Source: Octopus sinensis (lineage: Eukaryota). Taken from it: DNA of 22,473 nt. Positions within the stretch are counted from its first letter, which is position 1; every line of letters begins with the position of its first letter. Shown piece by piece: positions 1-10,640 of the stretch. The notes under the pieces are model-generated. The model saw only the letters and a list, made by a program, of their open reading frames with translations, was not told the DNA's origin and made no database searches. The stretch covers positions 1 to 22,473 of the forward strand of contig NW_021836926.1 in NCBI RefSeq assembly GCF_006345805.1. Reading direction: 5' to 3'. Position numbers and translations under genes: made by a program.

Positions 1-37
1 CCTATACAATATTCTTTATATATTTGATTTATATTTA

Positions 38-57
38 GTGTGTGTGTGTGTGTGTGG

Positions 58-152
<95 letters not shown>
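38..152. repeat. Compound (GT)n-(GA)n microsatellite
   Basis: Dinucleotide runs visible directly; they explain ORF 38..238. Confidence 0.97.
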
Positions 153-155
<3 letters not shown>

Positions 156-267
156 CACAATTAAAATATCTGAACCCATCCGAAATAGTAATCATTTTAG
201 TTATATCGATTTTTTTCTCTAACAGTTTTTACGCGTGAGTATTCATCTAATTCGTGTTAGAATATTC

Positions 268-390
268 TATAATATCTGCAAGATTAAGAGTTGTGGAGTA
301 ATAAAATTTAACGGTATACTTATTTAAAATGCAGTGATGCTTGTGGTTCGTAGAAAAGATATTATTTAATATATTAAAGAAAATTTTTGG
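268..390 (-). mobile_element. Degenerate Penelope-like retroelement fragment (RT to GIY-YIG linker region)
   Basis: Minus-strand manual translation PKIFFNILNNIFSTNHKHHCILNKYTVKFYYSTTLNLADII resembles the conserved PLE motif KFLxLIDKHFPxxHKxHKIFNRxTVKxSYSxxxN. An upstream in-frame stop indicates decay. Confidence 0.65.
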
Positions 391-1227
391 GTATGGTTTT
401 TGCTTTTCGCGTTAAACCGCGTTGCGTTCCTTTTGTTTTAATATCTCTATTTTTTTCTATCGTAGTTACTAATAGTTTTTAAGTGAGGTTCCTCGTAATT
501 ACTCTTAATGGACAATCTCAAGAATCTCAAGTTTGGGAATTTTGTTTTAGAAATATCAGAATAGATTATGTTATTTCGTACCTTACATTTTAGATTTGAT
601 GGAGATTTTGTATTAGTTGTGCACTTGCCGCCAGCTTCATCATTATTCTTAGATTTTAACATATTATAGTTTTCACTTTTCTGTTTGGTTATATGTTCGC
701 ACTCAAGATTAATAGATTGACCATATTCGTTTATTAGTTTAGTCATATTATTCTGATAATTTGTAGGTTTATTAGTTTTGTCTCCAGCTGTATCAGTTCT
801 TTTTTTTAATTCTTATTCTCAGAGCCGCCACTCATTATTTTCCTAGTCATATTCGTGATTGTATTATCATTATCATTATCACGTTTACTTTCCGTATTAC
901 AACATTTAGACGGTTTATGAAAAGTATTAAGTGGTTTATAAATTTGCTTTGTATGTTTATGTTGAGTAATCACTTTAAAATCAGAATTGTTTGTATTCGG
1001 GGAAGAAATAAATTGAAACTAGATCAAAACCATTTTTCAACAAAACTCCATTATGATGTTTAGATTTATTACTAAATATTTCTGCATTATAATATTCATA
1101 GTTCTTATTAAATACTTCTATGTTAGAAGGAAGTCTAAAGGAAATATTCTTTACAAGATTACGTATATAATTGATTTTGGATGATAGGAAGCTTTCTGAA
1201 TTTTATCCTTTCTTATGCTACGGAGAT

Positions 1228-1560
1228 TTTGTCGAATAAATCAACCCCATGACTTATGTTTTTTTTAAAGCCTAATACTTATTCTATCGGTCCCTTTGGC
1301 CGAGCCGCTAAGTTACGGGGACAGAAACACACCAACACCAGTTGTGAAGTAGTAGTGAGGGACAAACACATGGCAAAGATACACACACACATACACACAT
1401 ATATACGACGGGATTCTTTCAGTTTCCGTCTACCAAATCCACTCATAAGGCTTTGGTCGGCCCAGGGCTATAGCAGAAGACACTTGCCCAAAGTGCCACG
1501 AAGTGGGACTGAACCCGGAACCATGTCGTTAGGAAGCAAGCTTCTTACCACACAGGCACG
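1228..1560 (-). mobile_element. tRNA-derived SINE, family A (octopus OK-like)
   Basis: Minus-strand head has A-box-like TGTGTGGTAAG and B-box-like GGTTCAGTCCC, followed by TTGGGCAAGTGTCTTCT and an internal (CA/TA)n. The same sequence recurs at 14306, 15762, 16803 and 17398. Confidence 0.85.
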
Positions 1561-1639
1561 TTTGCGCGATTTTCGTTAGGTTTGTGGAAAGAAGAGTGTA
1601 AGCCCTGCTCTGAGTTTAAATTCCGCAGAATATAAGAAC

Positions 1640-1865
1640 TTCGGGCCAGACACCTTTTGATATTGGTTCCATCTCTCAGCGTTCTGAATTGAAATCCTTC
1701 CATGCCGCTGTTTAACACCATCTCCTGGTATGTTGTGTGTCTTTAGCGGAAGATACAATTTTGGAAGCATTTAGACCAAGTTTCTTGTTTGAGTATACCT
1801 TTGTGACTTCCTCTCAGTAATCTCAGTAGCTCTATAAGAGGACATGAGCACTGCCTTCACTCTTG
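1640..1865 (-). mobile_element. Possible highly degenerate HERO/R2-group non-LTR RT C-terminal fragment
   Basis: Minus-strand peptides ATEITERKSQRY, KLYLPLKT and TLRDG loosely match the HERO-type xxEAIERKINRY / KLQLPLKS / MLRDS motifs in the expected order. Frameshifted. Confidence 0.3.
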
Positions 1866-1994
1866 ACTAACACACACACACATATATAGTAAGGCGAGAT
1901 TTGTAAAGTATATAGAACGCAATACGTTGGGTGAGTGGATATATATGTTTATTATATCAAAACTCGCTTGTCTACTTTGAATTTCGCCCATGGT

Positions 1995-2345
1995 TAGATT
2001 CTTCAGGTCCTCCTGAAATGGCTGGCGCTATGTGTTCTTGGGCAGGCCCTTTCCAAGTTTTCTTTCTTCCGGTTTACTTTCTTGCCTACCGAGTGGCTGG
2101 CAGGTATAAGTTGTCATTTGGCAAGCGACACTAACACAGCGCCATGGTGTTTTGCAGTGCTTGGAATTAACTTCGTTGAAGAACTTCCTCATTTGTAGTT
2201 CTACCTCGCAATGAGGCGTTGAGGATATTCCGTAAACAGCATTGGTAGAATGTATCCAGCCTCTTGGCCAGCTTCGCCAAGATTTTTCCATCTTTCACTT
2301 CTATAAAAAACTGTTGGCAAAACAGTTGCCCTGTATTAGGACCGT
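1995..2345 (-). mobile_element. RTE-clade LINE remnant (post-RT C-terminal region)
   Basis: Minus-strand translation VLPTVFYRSERWK / KLAKRLDTFYQCCLRNILNASLRGRTTNEEVLQRS and GLPKNT*RQPFQEDLK match RTE motifs LYGxETW, LDxFHxRCLRxIL, ITNEEVL and GRPKKTW. Contains stops and frameshifts. Confidence 0.8.
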
Positions 2346-2370
2346 CATGTCAGTTCTGTTAGAGAAAACC

Positions 2371-2541
2371 GAAAGGAAGGAAGAAAAGAAAAGAAGGGAG
2401 AATGAGGAAGGTGAGAGAGAGAGAGAGGGGAGAGAGAGGGGAGAGAGAGGGAGAGGGAGAGAGAGAGAGAGAAAGAGAGAAAGAGTAGGAAAAAGAAGTA
2501 TGATTGAGAGCGGAGAGAGAGAAAGAGAATGAGAGAGAGAG
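2371..2541. repeat. Purine-rich (GA)n/(GGA/GAA) low-complexity tract
   Basis: Seen directly. Confidence 0.9.
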
Positions 2542-2692
2542 TGACTTGCGTTGAATCTCAGTTCGGAAAGTTAGCAAAAGTGAGCAGTGAAAGGTACTCT
2601 GGAAAGGAATAGAGCTAAAGAAAGAAAGAAAGAAAGAAAACGAGAGGTGGAGAACGAGTAATGTAGAAGTAAGTTTTCGCCGTGCATTAACT

Positions 2693-2810
2693 CACATGCA
2701 TCACATACACACACGTACACATGCACAAACACGCACACGTACACACGCGGACACACGTACATGCAGACACACGTCCATACAGACACATGTACACGCAGAC
2801 GCATGCACTT
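2693..2810. repeat. Degenerate (CA)n/(CACG) microsatellite
   Basis: Alternating purine-pyrimidine tract seen directly. Confidence 0.85.
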
Positions 2811-3115
2811 AGGCACGTCTGGACATTCGGTTCATATGCTTATTCAACCTCGATTAGTTCTGATCTGAGTTCAATTCCGAATGCGATTCATAAAATACCC
2901 CCCTTTCCCCACCATCCTTTAATATATTACTTCGAATTTGTGAAGGTAAAATAAAAATCACCTCCAAGAGACTGAACTGCTCACAACGGTTGGCACTTGG
3001 TTTCAACTTTATAGAATCAAACGGACGAGGGATACAAGATGGAATGTCAGTATATCTCCATTCACATCCCTTGAATATTAGATATTTATTCTGGGCAGCT
3101 TTCAGTAGTTTATAT

Positions 3116-3478
3116 GTGGAAGCACTCCGTCGGTTACGACGACGAGGGTTCCGGTTGATCCGAATCAACGGAACAGCCTGCTCGTGAAATTAACGTGTAA
3201 GTGGCTGAGCACTCCACAGACACGTGTACCTTTAACGTAGTTCTCGGGGATATTCAGCGTGACACAGAAAGTGACAAGGCCGGCCCTTTGAAATACAAGG
3301 TACAACAGAAACAGGAAGTAAGAGTGAGAGAAAGTACAGCAGGGATCACCACCATCCCTCGTGGAGCTTTAGGTGTTTTCGCTCAATAAACACTCACAAC
3401 GCCCTGTCTGGGAATCGAAACCGCGATCCTATGACCGCGAGTCCGCTGCCCTAACCACTGGGCCATTGCGCCTCCACT
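3116..3478 (-). mobile_element. Full-length tRNA-derived SINE, family B, with 12-bp TSD
   Basis: Minus-strand head GGAGGCGCAATGGCCCAGTGGTTAGGGC...GGTTTCGATTCCC carries A and B boxes. 3' tail is CCCTCGTCGTCGTAACCGACGGAGTGCTTCC. TSD AGTAGTTTATAT at 3104-3115 and 3479-3490. Confidence 0.92.
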
Positions 3479-3924
3479 AGTAGTTTATATATTTAGATGC
3501 TAAATAGCAGAATACTTATCTTCAAACTGGTACCACGGAGTGGAGACAGCAGGCTGCCGTAAGCAGTAACTTAGTAAACCTACCGAATGTACAATACTTT
3601 AACAGATCTTAATTCAATTTCTCCGATTGGGAACTTACAATATTAAGGAAGCTTTATCCAGGTGAGAATGTGTCTCTTATCCGTTTCACACAGGAGATAA
3701 GATCGGCCGAGTAAGTCGTGATGGTCTTGCTATGGAGAGGCATACAGTCACAAATGAGGGGAAAAAGAGACGCCAGTAAGTAAAAAAAAATTCTGTTAGC
3801 TTTATACGGAATTTGATCTGAAGACCTCTAAATACGAAGACAAGTACCGTATCCGGTTGGTTATTTCTTCTATTTGCCATTATAAGATTCTGAATCAAGG
3901 AATCTTGTAATGTTATTTCGTTAT

Positions 3925-4025
3925 TTCATGTTGTCCGCATATAAAGCGACTTTCGTTGTTTTATATGTGATTACGACAAAAGCGGAGTCGTTTACAACGT
4001 ATAGTGTCATTGTGTATCGGAAGGT
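3925..4025 (-). mobile_element. Possible ancient CR1/L2-like RT fragment
   Basis: Minus-strand translation TLYVVNDSAFVVITYKTTKVALYADNMK* resembles LYINDL...KVALYADD, but the catalytic DD is not intact. Confidence 0.3.
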
Positions 4026-4124
4026 GGGATAAAATATTGTTATATAATGACACAAGACAATATTTAGCTGCAATAGGAAGTATGACTGGTGTAATAATTG
4101 ATTGTAAACGACTCTGGTTCTAAC

Positions 4125-4126
<2 letters not shown>

Positions 4127-4168
<42 letters not shown>
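4127..4168. repeat. (AG)n microsatellite
   Basis: Seen directly. Confidence 0.97.
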
Positions 4169-4173
<5 letters not shown>

Positions 4174-4658
4174 AGGGCGAGAGAGGAAGGTGTGTAGCGG
4201 AAAGTTCAGTTATGTCACCGTGATGGTTTGGTGATTAACGGTACAGTCAGAGTCAAATACATAGCATCACATTGTTGTATATTAGTAATGGGTTACTCAT
4301 TCAGAATCGCATCAGTTGAGGTAATCAGAAGTTTCCAACCCTGAAGCTGCTGTTGGTATTGTCGTTTAATCCCTAACCAAGCTCGAATTAAAAAGCTCCG
4401 TAATTTAAACTCATTCCTGCTATGTCCGCCTCGTCTTATTTGGTTTCAAATACAATGTAGTTCCGATTCATTAACCAATTTTAAGACAATAGAGTTTTAT
4501 ATGAGGGAAATTTAGCAACAATTTACAGCAAATCAAACAACACGTAGGGGTTCCTCGCTGGATCGTTTTCTTGACCCTTTCATCTTTTAGTCAGGATGAA
4601 AAAACATTGCTAAAAAATCATAATGGAGTATCTTGCATGTTGAAAACCTTTATGGTCT

Positions 4659-4749
4659 TATACGTCCGAGGAGAGCGGTTTATTTAAAATTGATATAACG
4701 CTTGCATCGATCGATTAAATGGAGCCGCTTGAAACGGCTGTAGTGCACT
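4659..4749 (+). ncRNA. Degenerate type-I hammerhead-like motif with long stem II (Penelope pLTR-type)
   Basis: CCGAGGA (4666-4672, one change from CUGANGA), then stem II GAGCGG-TTTATTTAA...TTAAATGGAG-CCGCTT (4673-4730), then GAAAC-GGCT-GTA (4731-4742). Stem I is weak. Confidence 0.5.
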
Positions 4750-4779
4750 AATGCCTGGACATCCGCGTTACTTATTTGC

Positions 4780-4871
4780 TATATATATGTATCTATATAT
4801 ATATAATATATATACATACATACATACATACATACATACATACATACAGACAGACAGACAGACAGACAGAC
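4780..4871. repeat. (TA)n-(TACA)n-(CAGA)n compound microsatellite
   Basis: Seen directly. Confidence 0.95.
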
Positions 4872-5086
4872 AGGAAGTAAATAGACATCTTTAATTTTCA
4901 AAATTTCTGATCTAAGCGTCTTAATATGTTTTCAGTGGTATAGAATTTAGAATGAAATTATTCTTTTTCATTCCAGGTGCCATTATATTAAATATTTGTG
5001 AAGAGTAACCATGCCACGCACAAAAATTTCAGCAGAACTGTCAGATTTTCAAAGAGGTCGTATTGTTGGGCAAACTGAGGCTGGTC
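4872..5086 (+). mobile_element. Tc1-like transposon 5' fragment (transposase N-terminal HTH)
   Basis: ATG at 5011 gives MPRTKISAELSDFQRGRIVGQTEAG, matching the typical Tc1 N-terminus (xLSDFxRGxIVG). Truncated by a SINE fragment. Confidence 0.8.
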
Positions 5087-5089
5087 CAC

Positions 5090-5135
5090 TCTTCTACTTG
5101 TTTCAGTCATTTGACTGCGGTCATGCTGGAGCACC
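5090..5135 (-). mobile_element. SINE family A 3'-end fragment
   Basis: TACTTGTTTCAGTCATTTGACTGCGGTCATGCTGGAGCACC is nearly identical to 14328-14368. Confidence 0.85.
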
Positions 5136-5605
5136 ATGCTGGACTATCTTCAAAAGAGCCACACCATCAATGGAGAGTATTGTGCCAAATGGCTGAGGCA
5201 GTCATGAAGGGCTATCATGATCAAACACCCAGGAAAACTGACGAAAGGGGTCTTACTTCATCATATAAGTCCTTGGTTTCAATGGCTGCTGTGCATGACT
5301 GTGGCTTTGAACTGGTTAATCACCCTCCCCATTCACTTGATTTTTGGCCATCTAACTATCATTTGTTCCCAACGTGAAAAGACACTTGACTGGCGACCAG
5401 TATGGCAGTGGTGATGACCTCATGTCTGCTGTTGACGTCTTTTCTAACCAACAAGATGAAAGCTTCTTCACCAATGGGATCTATGCACGGCAACACCAAC
5501 GGAAGAAGTGTGTGGACCACAAGCGAGTAGAAAACCAAACCTCATTTGGTCACATTCCATGAGAGTATGTTGGTCAGCCAATAAACTTTTCAGCTGACCC
5601 TCGTA
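5136..5605 (+). mobile_element. mariner-family transposon 3' half (pseudogene) with right TIR
   Basis: Frameshifted pieces DYLQKSHTINGEY, HPGKLTKGVLLHH, MAAVHDCGFELVNHPPHSLDFWPSNYHLFP (HPPYSPDLAPSDY motif) and QDESFFTNGI...RKKCV. Ends AAACTTTTCAGCTGACCCTCG-TA (reverse complement TACGAGGGT..., mariner TIR type). Confidence 0.9.
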
Positions 5606-5637
5606 TGTAGCATTGTACTGGAAACGATCCGATCTTA

Positions 5638-6050
5638 ATAGGATTTTCCCTACACTTTATAATTAAGCATTTCCTCTTAAATCCCAGGTATTCTAAAATC
5701 TGTCATAAAAAATTGTATTAAGGTAAACTGTGGTTGCACGAATAATTTTACTGCTTTCATGGCGTTATGAATCAAAGAAAACCGTCCACTATGTAAATTC
5801 AATTAGCCCAGTATCTTTTCTCTCAACAGTATATGTCTAATGCATAAGTTTATCGAACTAAGTTTTCTCTTACAAATAGCAAGGAAGCAGAAAAATAACG
5901 AGGACTTCCTGGAAACACCATTTAAAAGAAGATTCTCACAACATATGTACATATTCAGGAATTCGAAATGACTCATTACCACTCTGCTGTCCAAAAATAT
6001 CTAGAGCTGAAAGGATAGTGATATTAACAATTCTTGTCCATTTTAGAACA
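5638..6050 (+). mobile_element. Degenerate Penelope-like element: linker plus GIY-YIG endonuclease remnant
   Basis: Plus-strand pieces IIKHFLLNPRYSKI, IKVNCGCTNN, FSLNSICL and ETPFKRRFSQHMYIFRNSK*LITTLLSKNI*S*KDSDIN follow the PLE motif order (HFP..HKI..KVSYSC; CPLxGxCL; FKxRxxxHxxSFR...TxLSKxIWxLKD). Confidence 0.75.
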
Positions 6051-6498
6051 TAATTTCCCCTACAATTCAGATAAGTACAACACCATGTCGTAGACTGTTG
6101 CAGTTATGCACAAAAGACCACAGTTGGCGAAGTCTTGCAGACACATCTATTTACTGATGTTTATTGAGGAATTTTTAAACACCAACTGGCTGAAATAGCT
6201 TACTCTGAAAGATCCTAAGCATATAGGAACAATAAATTTTTAAGCAACATCAAGATTCTATAAGCAGTCGTCACTGCCTTGTCTTGCGTGTTTTCTATAT
6301 AAAACGGTGGATTATTGTCTATATAACACTGATTTCGTGTGAATAGATGGATACCATTATGTGCTTCACAAATACCAACTGAGCAGTTAATTGAATAATG
6401 CATTTTATAATACTACCTTTTTCTTTTATTTAATTTTTTTTTGTCTAGAATAAATAAAATCTCGATGATTTATCACGTGTTTACGAATATGTTTGCTT

Positions 6499-7294
6499 AT
6501 ATATATATATATATATACCACGCTACCTTTCTACATCAATCGTTTGAGTAACTGCCAACGTGAAATTCAGAGTTATGATTCAAGATGTCTCAGCGTCTAT
6601 CTCATACATACATACATACATACATACATGCATACATACATACATACATACATACATGCATGCATGCATGCATACATACATACATACATACATACATACA
6701 TACATACATACATACATACATGCATACACACACACACATACATACATACACACATACATACATACATGCACACACACATACATACATACATGCATATCTA
6801 TATTTGTAAATAAATATGTTTATATATATGTATACATACTCATACACACACACACACGTATAAATATATATGCCTTTGTATGCGCTGTGCGTATTCATAT
6901 ATCATATTTGTACAAAAAGATATATTTATGTATATACAAACACACACATACACGCACGCACTCACAAACACACACATGCACACATATAAAACGTATATAA
7001 TTACTTATATACATATTTTAGCACCTGTATTATACAAACTCACAAACAAATACATACAAAGCACATATATAAATTTTATTCTTTAACATAAATACATATA
7101 CACGAATCTTTATAATGTATGTAATTACCTGTATATAATTACATATATAATTATTTAGATATCTGTTTTATATATATGACACATACACAATATATTTATT
7201 ATAACTCCACATGTGCGCTCGTGCATACACACATATATATATTGATATACATGTCAGTGTATGTATGTCTATATATATATATATATGTACATAC

Positions 7295-7384
<90 letters not shown>

Positions 7385-7445
7385 ACTCGTACATATATAT
7401 ATATTTACCACAAATACACATGTATATATATGTGTGCACGCACAC
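6499..7445. repeat. Long low-complexity (TACA)n/(CA)n/(TA)n region
   Basis: Seen directly; source of the HTYI/MYVC ORFs. Confidence 0.95.
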
Positions 7446-7825
7446 TGTCTCTAGAAATTGTGTGTCCTTTATAATTTTAATTAACTTATCGCGATGACAA
7501 ATACACTGCAAAAAGTAATTTATTCTAAGTTTATGAACGTTATAAATTTCCTTTAACAATCTCCTATTGTATATTTATTTATTTATTTATTCATTTATTT
7601 ATTTTTCTCCCTGATCTTCAAAATGATTCCATTAGATGAGAAAATGCAAATCTTATTCTCTGTTTAATAGTTAGAATAATATTTATGAGGGATTCTAAAA
7701 AGAAATGCACCTAATAGAAATTGGATTTCGAACAGGAGAAGAGAATGCATCAAAGAAAGCTTCATCGAATTTCAGACCGTAAAATAGTGGCTTTTTCTGC
7801 AAAGCTACTAAAATCATTATACATT

Positions 7826-8387
7826 CATTTCTACTCTAAGCGCAAGGACCGAAATTTTTGGGGACGGAGCTAGTCGATTAGATCGAACCCAGTACGCAAC
7901 TGGTACTTAATTTATCAACCCCCGAAAGGCAAAGTCGACCTCAGGGGAATTTGAACTTAGAACGTAAAGACTGGCGAAATACCTATTTCTTTACAACCCA
8001 CAAGGGACTAAACACAGAGGGGACAAACAAGGACAGACAAACGGAAAAAGTCGGTTTTATCGACCCCAGTGCGTAACTTATTTAATCGACCCCGAAAGGA
8101 TGAAAAGCAAAGTCGACCTCGGCGGAATTTGAACTCAGAACGTAACGGCAGACGAAATACCTATTTCTTTACTACCCACAAGGGACTAAACACAGAGAGG
8201 ACAAACAAGGACAGACAAACGGATTAAGTCGATTACATCGACCCCAGTGCGTAACTGGTACTTAATTTATCGACCTCAAAAGGATGTAAGGCAAAGTCGA
8301 CCTCGGCGGAATTTGAACTCAGAACGTAACGGCAGACGAAATACTGCTAAGCATTTAGCCCGGCGTGCTAACGTTTCTGCAGCCTTA
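7826..8387 (-). mobile_element. Trimeric tRNA-derived SINE, family C (octopus OR-like), flanked by TSD
   Basis: Three tandem units (about 8387-8162, 8161-7984, 7983-7826), each with (G)AGTTCAAATTCC...AGGTCGACTTTGC. TSD AAAATCATTATA at 7810-7821 and 8388-8399. Confidence 0.92.
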
Positions 8388-8414
8388 AAAATCATTATAT
8401 ATTATGACTTTAAA

Positions 8415-8660
8415 TACCTGGAATTGTGGGTACAAAGATTCAAGCAAGATAAAGAATTATCTACTGGACTGACCACTAGATAATAATGGATTGCACGCCC
8501 ACTCATGTATGTACATGTGTGAGACCAGTGTGGTCATATCTGCTTCTCAGTGGTAGGCTTACTCAACAACAAGCGTAGTTACGGAGGAGTCTCCATCTAC
8601 CAGTGTGGTATCCGGAATGACCTCTCGTGCACCTTGTGTAAGCAACTTATGTGGGTTGGC
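8415..8660 (+). mobile_element. Possible degenerate RTE C-terminal zinc-finger remnant
   Basis: DQCGHICFSVVGLLNNKRSY...CTLCKQ resembles the C2H2-like CxxCGRxCxSxxGLxxHxRxH tail of RTE ORFs. Degenerate. Confidence 0.3.
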
Positions 8661-8700
8661 AAGTGGACTTACTGGGAATTGTAAATCCTAACAATTAAAT

Positions 8701-8918
8701 CAGTGGCTCGCAACCGGGTTTCATAGGCGATTTTTTTGTTAAAATTTGTGCAATAAACTGGTTATATTTCTAAATTTACACAGAATATTTAAATATATTT
8801 TTTAATACAATTCCTAATAATATTTAGATATCCAACAGCTCTGAGGGTCCAAGCCCTGAGTAAAATAGGAATCAAAGGGTTCCATAGGCAAAGAGAAAAA
8901 AATGGTTGAGAATCTCTT
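8701..8918. mobile_element. hAT (Charlie-like) MITE
   Basis: Imperfect TIRs CAGTGGCTCGCAACC (8701-8715) and GGTTGAGAATCTCTT (8904-8918) fit the CAGTGGTTCTCAACC consensus type. 8-bp flanks AATTAAAT and ATTTAGAT match 6/8. AT-rich non-coding interior. Confidence 0.6.
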
Positions 8919-8928
8919 ATTTAGATGT

Positions 8929-8972
8929 TGGTTTTTTTGTTGGAAGCACTCCGTCGGTTACGACGACGAGGG
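8929..8972 (-). mobile_element. 44-bp 5'-truncated retroposed copy of the SINE family B 3' tail, with TSD
   Basis: TGGAAGCACTCCGTCGGTTACGACGACGAGGG is identical to 3118-3149, plus an A-rich tail on the minus strand. TSD TATTTAGATGT at 8918-8928 and 8973-8983. Confidence 0.88.
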
Positions 8973-9359
8973 TATTTAGATGTAACATGACTCGTAACAG
9001 ACTTGCAAGCCTTAAGAAATACATGAGGCGCTATCAGGGATGGGGCGACCAAACGTGAGGTGTTTCTTAGAGTAAAATGTGTTTAAGAAATGATTTTACT
9101 CGGTCATAAGTCGACTTCCACAGAGATCTCAATAATAAATAAGACACCACCACATAATATTGTTTTATCCGTGCCGACACTACGCATTAGTACGATGCTC
9201 AAATGGGTTTAGTCATTAAAAACTGCACAAAGCACGTCTGCTAAATGCTGGATTAATAATTAAAATGCACCAAATGACATTATTTCGTTTCTAGAATAAA
9301 TCTTTCGAAAATGGTGTCTATATTTTGAGATGTCAGTGTGTTAGATCACTCTTAGCACT

Positions 9360-9560
9360 ATTGGGTAACATGTAACCCAGTCCATTCTGTTGCATGGTCG
9401 GGCTGTGGGCGACCAACCCTGAAACCCTACGAAGGCTGCTTGGTTAGGAGGATGTTTTGCATCGGACACCCTAATGGACGAAAAACAAAACCCGTCAAAA
9501 GATGGATGAACTTAGTAGACTCAACAGCCATTATTCAACAAACGGGAGTGAGAGACCTCT
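9360..9560 (+). mobile_element. Probable interspersed repeat fragment (GC-richer, hairpin-containing; possibly a LINE 5' UTR)
   Basis: Local GC rise, near-palindrome TGGGTAACATGTAACCCA and a GGTCG...CGACC stem. Family assignment is tentative. Confidence 0.3.
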
Positions 9561-9669
9561 TTATCTAGATATCTCGTTAGGAAAAAAATAAAAAAATTCC
9601 GAAATAACACCCACCTCATTGCGATGCTGGATATTTTGTTCTTGCTTGTTTTTAGATAACGGACTTTGC

Positions 9670-10112
9670 AGGTGAGAATCTTAGCGGTGCTGTGTAAGCT
9701 GCTCCTGGCTTAAAGCTGACAGTCATCGTGTTTAACATTTGGAATGACATAATTTATCAGCGATGGTTATGGATATCTACAAGTTTCGAGCCATCATGTA
9801 CGCATGCGTGCGCATTTGTTGATGTATTGGGACACTTACGTAAAAATAAAAAGCAGACAAAATGGAGCATATATCAACACATTAAAGAGAGCGAAGAACG
9901 TTTCTTGAGAGCAATATTTGTAAAACAGTGTATTATATTTTTCTCTCCTTGTTTCTCTCCTTGTTTTTTTTTTCTGTGTCCTTTTTTGTAGAAGAGCGAA
10001 GGCTCGAAATGTAAAAGACTTTTTCTATTGCTGAGCGTTATACTAATACATCTGTTTGTTTTTTACACCACCTGTCTTCGTCTTTTGTTTTTTTTTTCGC
10101 GAATTCTCCCCT
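9670..10112 (+). mobile_element. Probable Penelope-like pLTR fragment carrying a degenerate hammerhead-like motif
   Basis: GTAGAAGAGC-GAAG-GCTC-GAAATGTA at 9988-10013 in a T-rich context; the segment ends CTCCCC followed by TA-rich sequence. Confidence 0.45.
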
Positions 10113-10640
10113 ATTATATAATAAAGTTGTGTATATTTGTATTTAACACCTTCGCATACACTCGAACATGGAAAGACCTTCGCTACAGTAACTGTCACAG
10201 AGGAGAAAATTCTTAGATAGACATTGTGAGTAAAAACAGAACGAACTGTGTGATAAATAACGTCACCAAATGGTGAGACATGGACACGGGTTTTTGCATC
10301 ACTACGTTTCATCAGTTGGAAATATGCTATTTACAGAAACCGTCAAACTACGCAGACTGAAGTTTGTTGGACCCTGTTGACGAAGGGAAGATTAAGTCGT
10401 ATGCCAACCGTTACTATCGTTTATCTTTTACTTTCTCCAATCATTAGGCGGCAGCTATGCTATAGAACTGCGGTGAAGAGTATAGTCGAACAAATAGAGA
10501 AGAGTAGTGAGCCTTTAACTACTAAGCTGTAACAGTTTCACGTCCTAGTTCAAGATAAGGAGGATGAAACCTTTGGTAAGATGCAGCAGCATTCAGATCG
10601 TGGATTGGTGTATAAAACAACGGGTGTCCAGCAAGTTATG

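Noticed and set aside
447-746. 99-aa K/N-rich ORF
   Set aside because: No recognisable domain; AT-rich composition. It lies just upstream of a Penelope remnant on the same strand and is more likely a decayed part of it or a chance ORF.
3400-3476. tRNA-like sequence on the minus strand
   Set aside because: It is the head of a SINE, continuous with the body and tail inside a TSD; no proper acceptor stem.
6493-7559. Numerous ORFs rich in HTYI/MYVC/YI repeats (also at 13959-14411 and 16895-17469)
   Set aside because: Translations of (TACA)n/(TA)n microsatellites, open in several frames on both strands; not genes.
7826-8387. Regularly spaced repeats suggestive of a CRISPR array
   Set aside because: Units are ~160-220 bp SINE monomers with no unique spacers; eukaryotic context and no cas genes.
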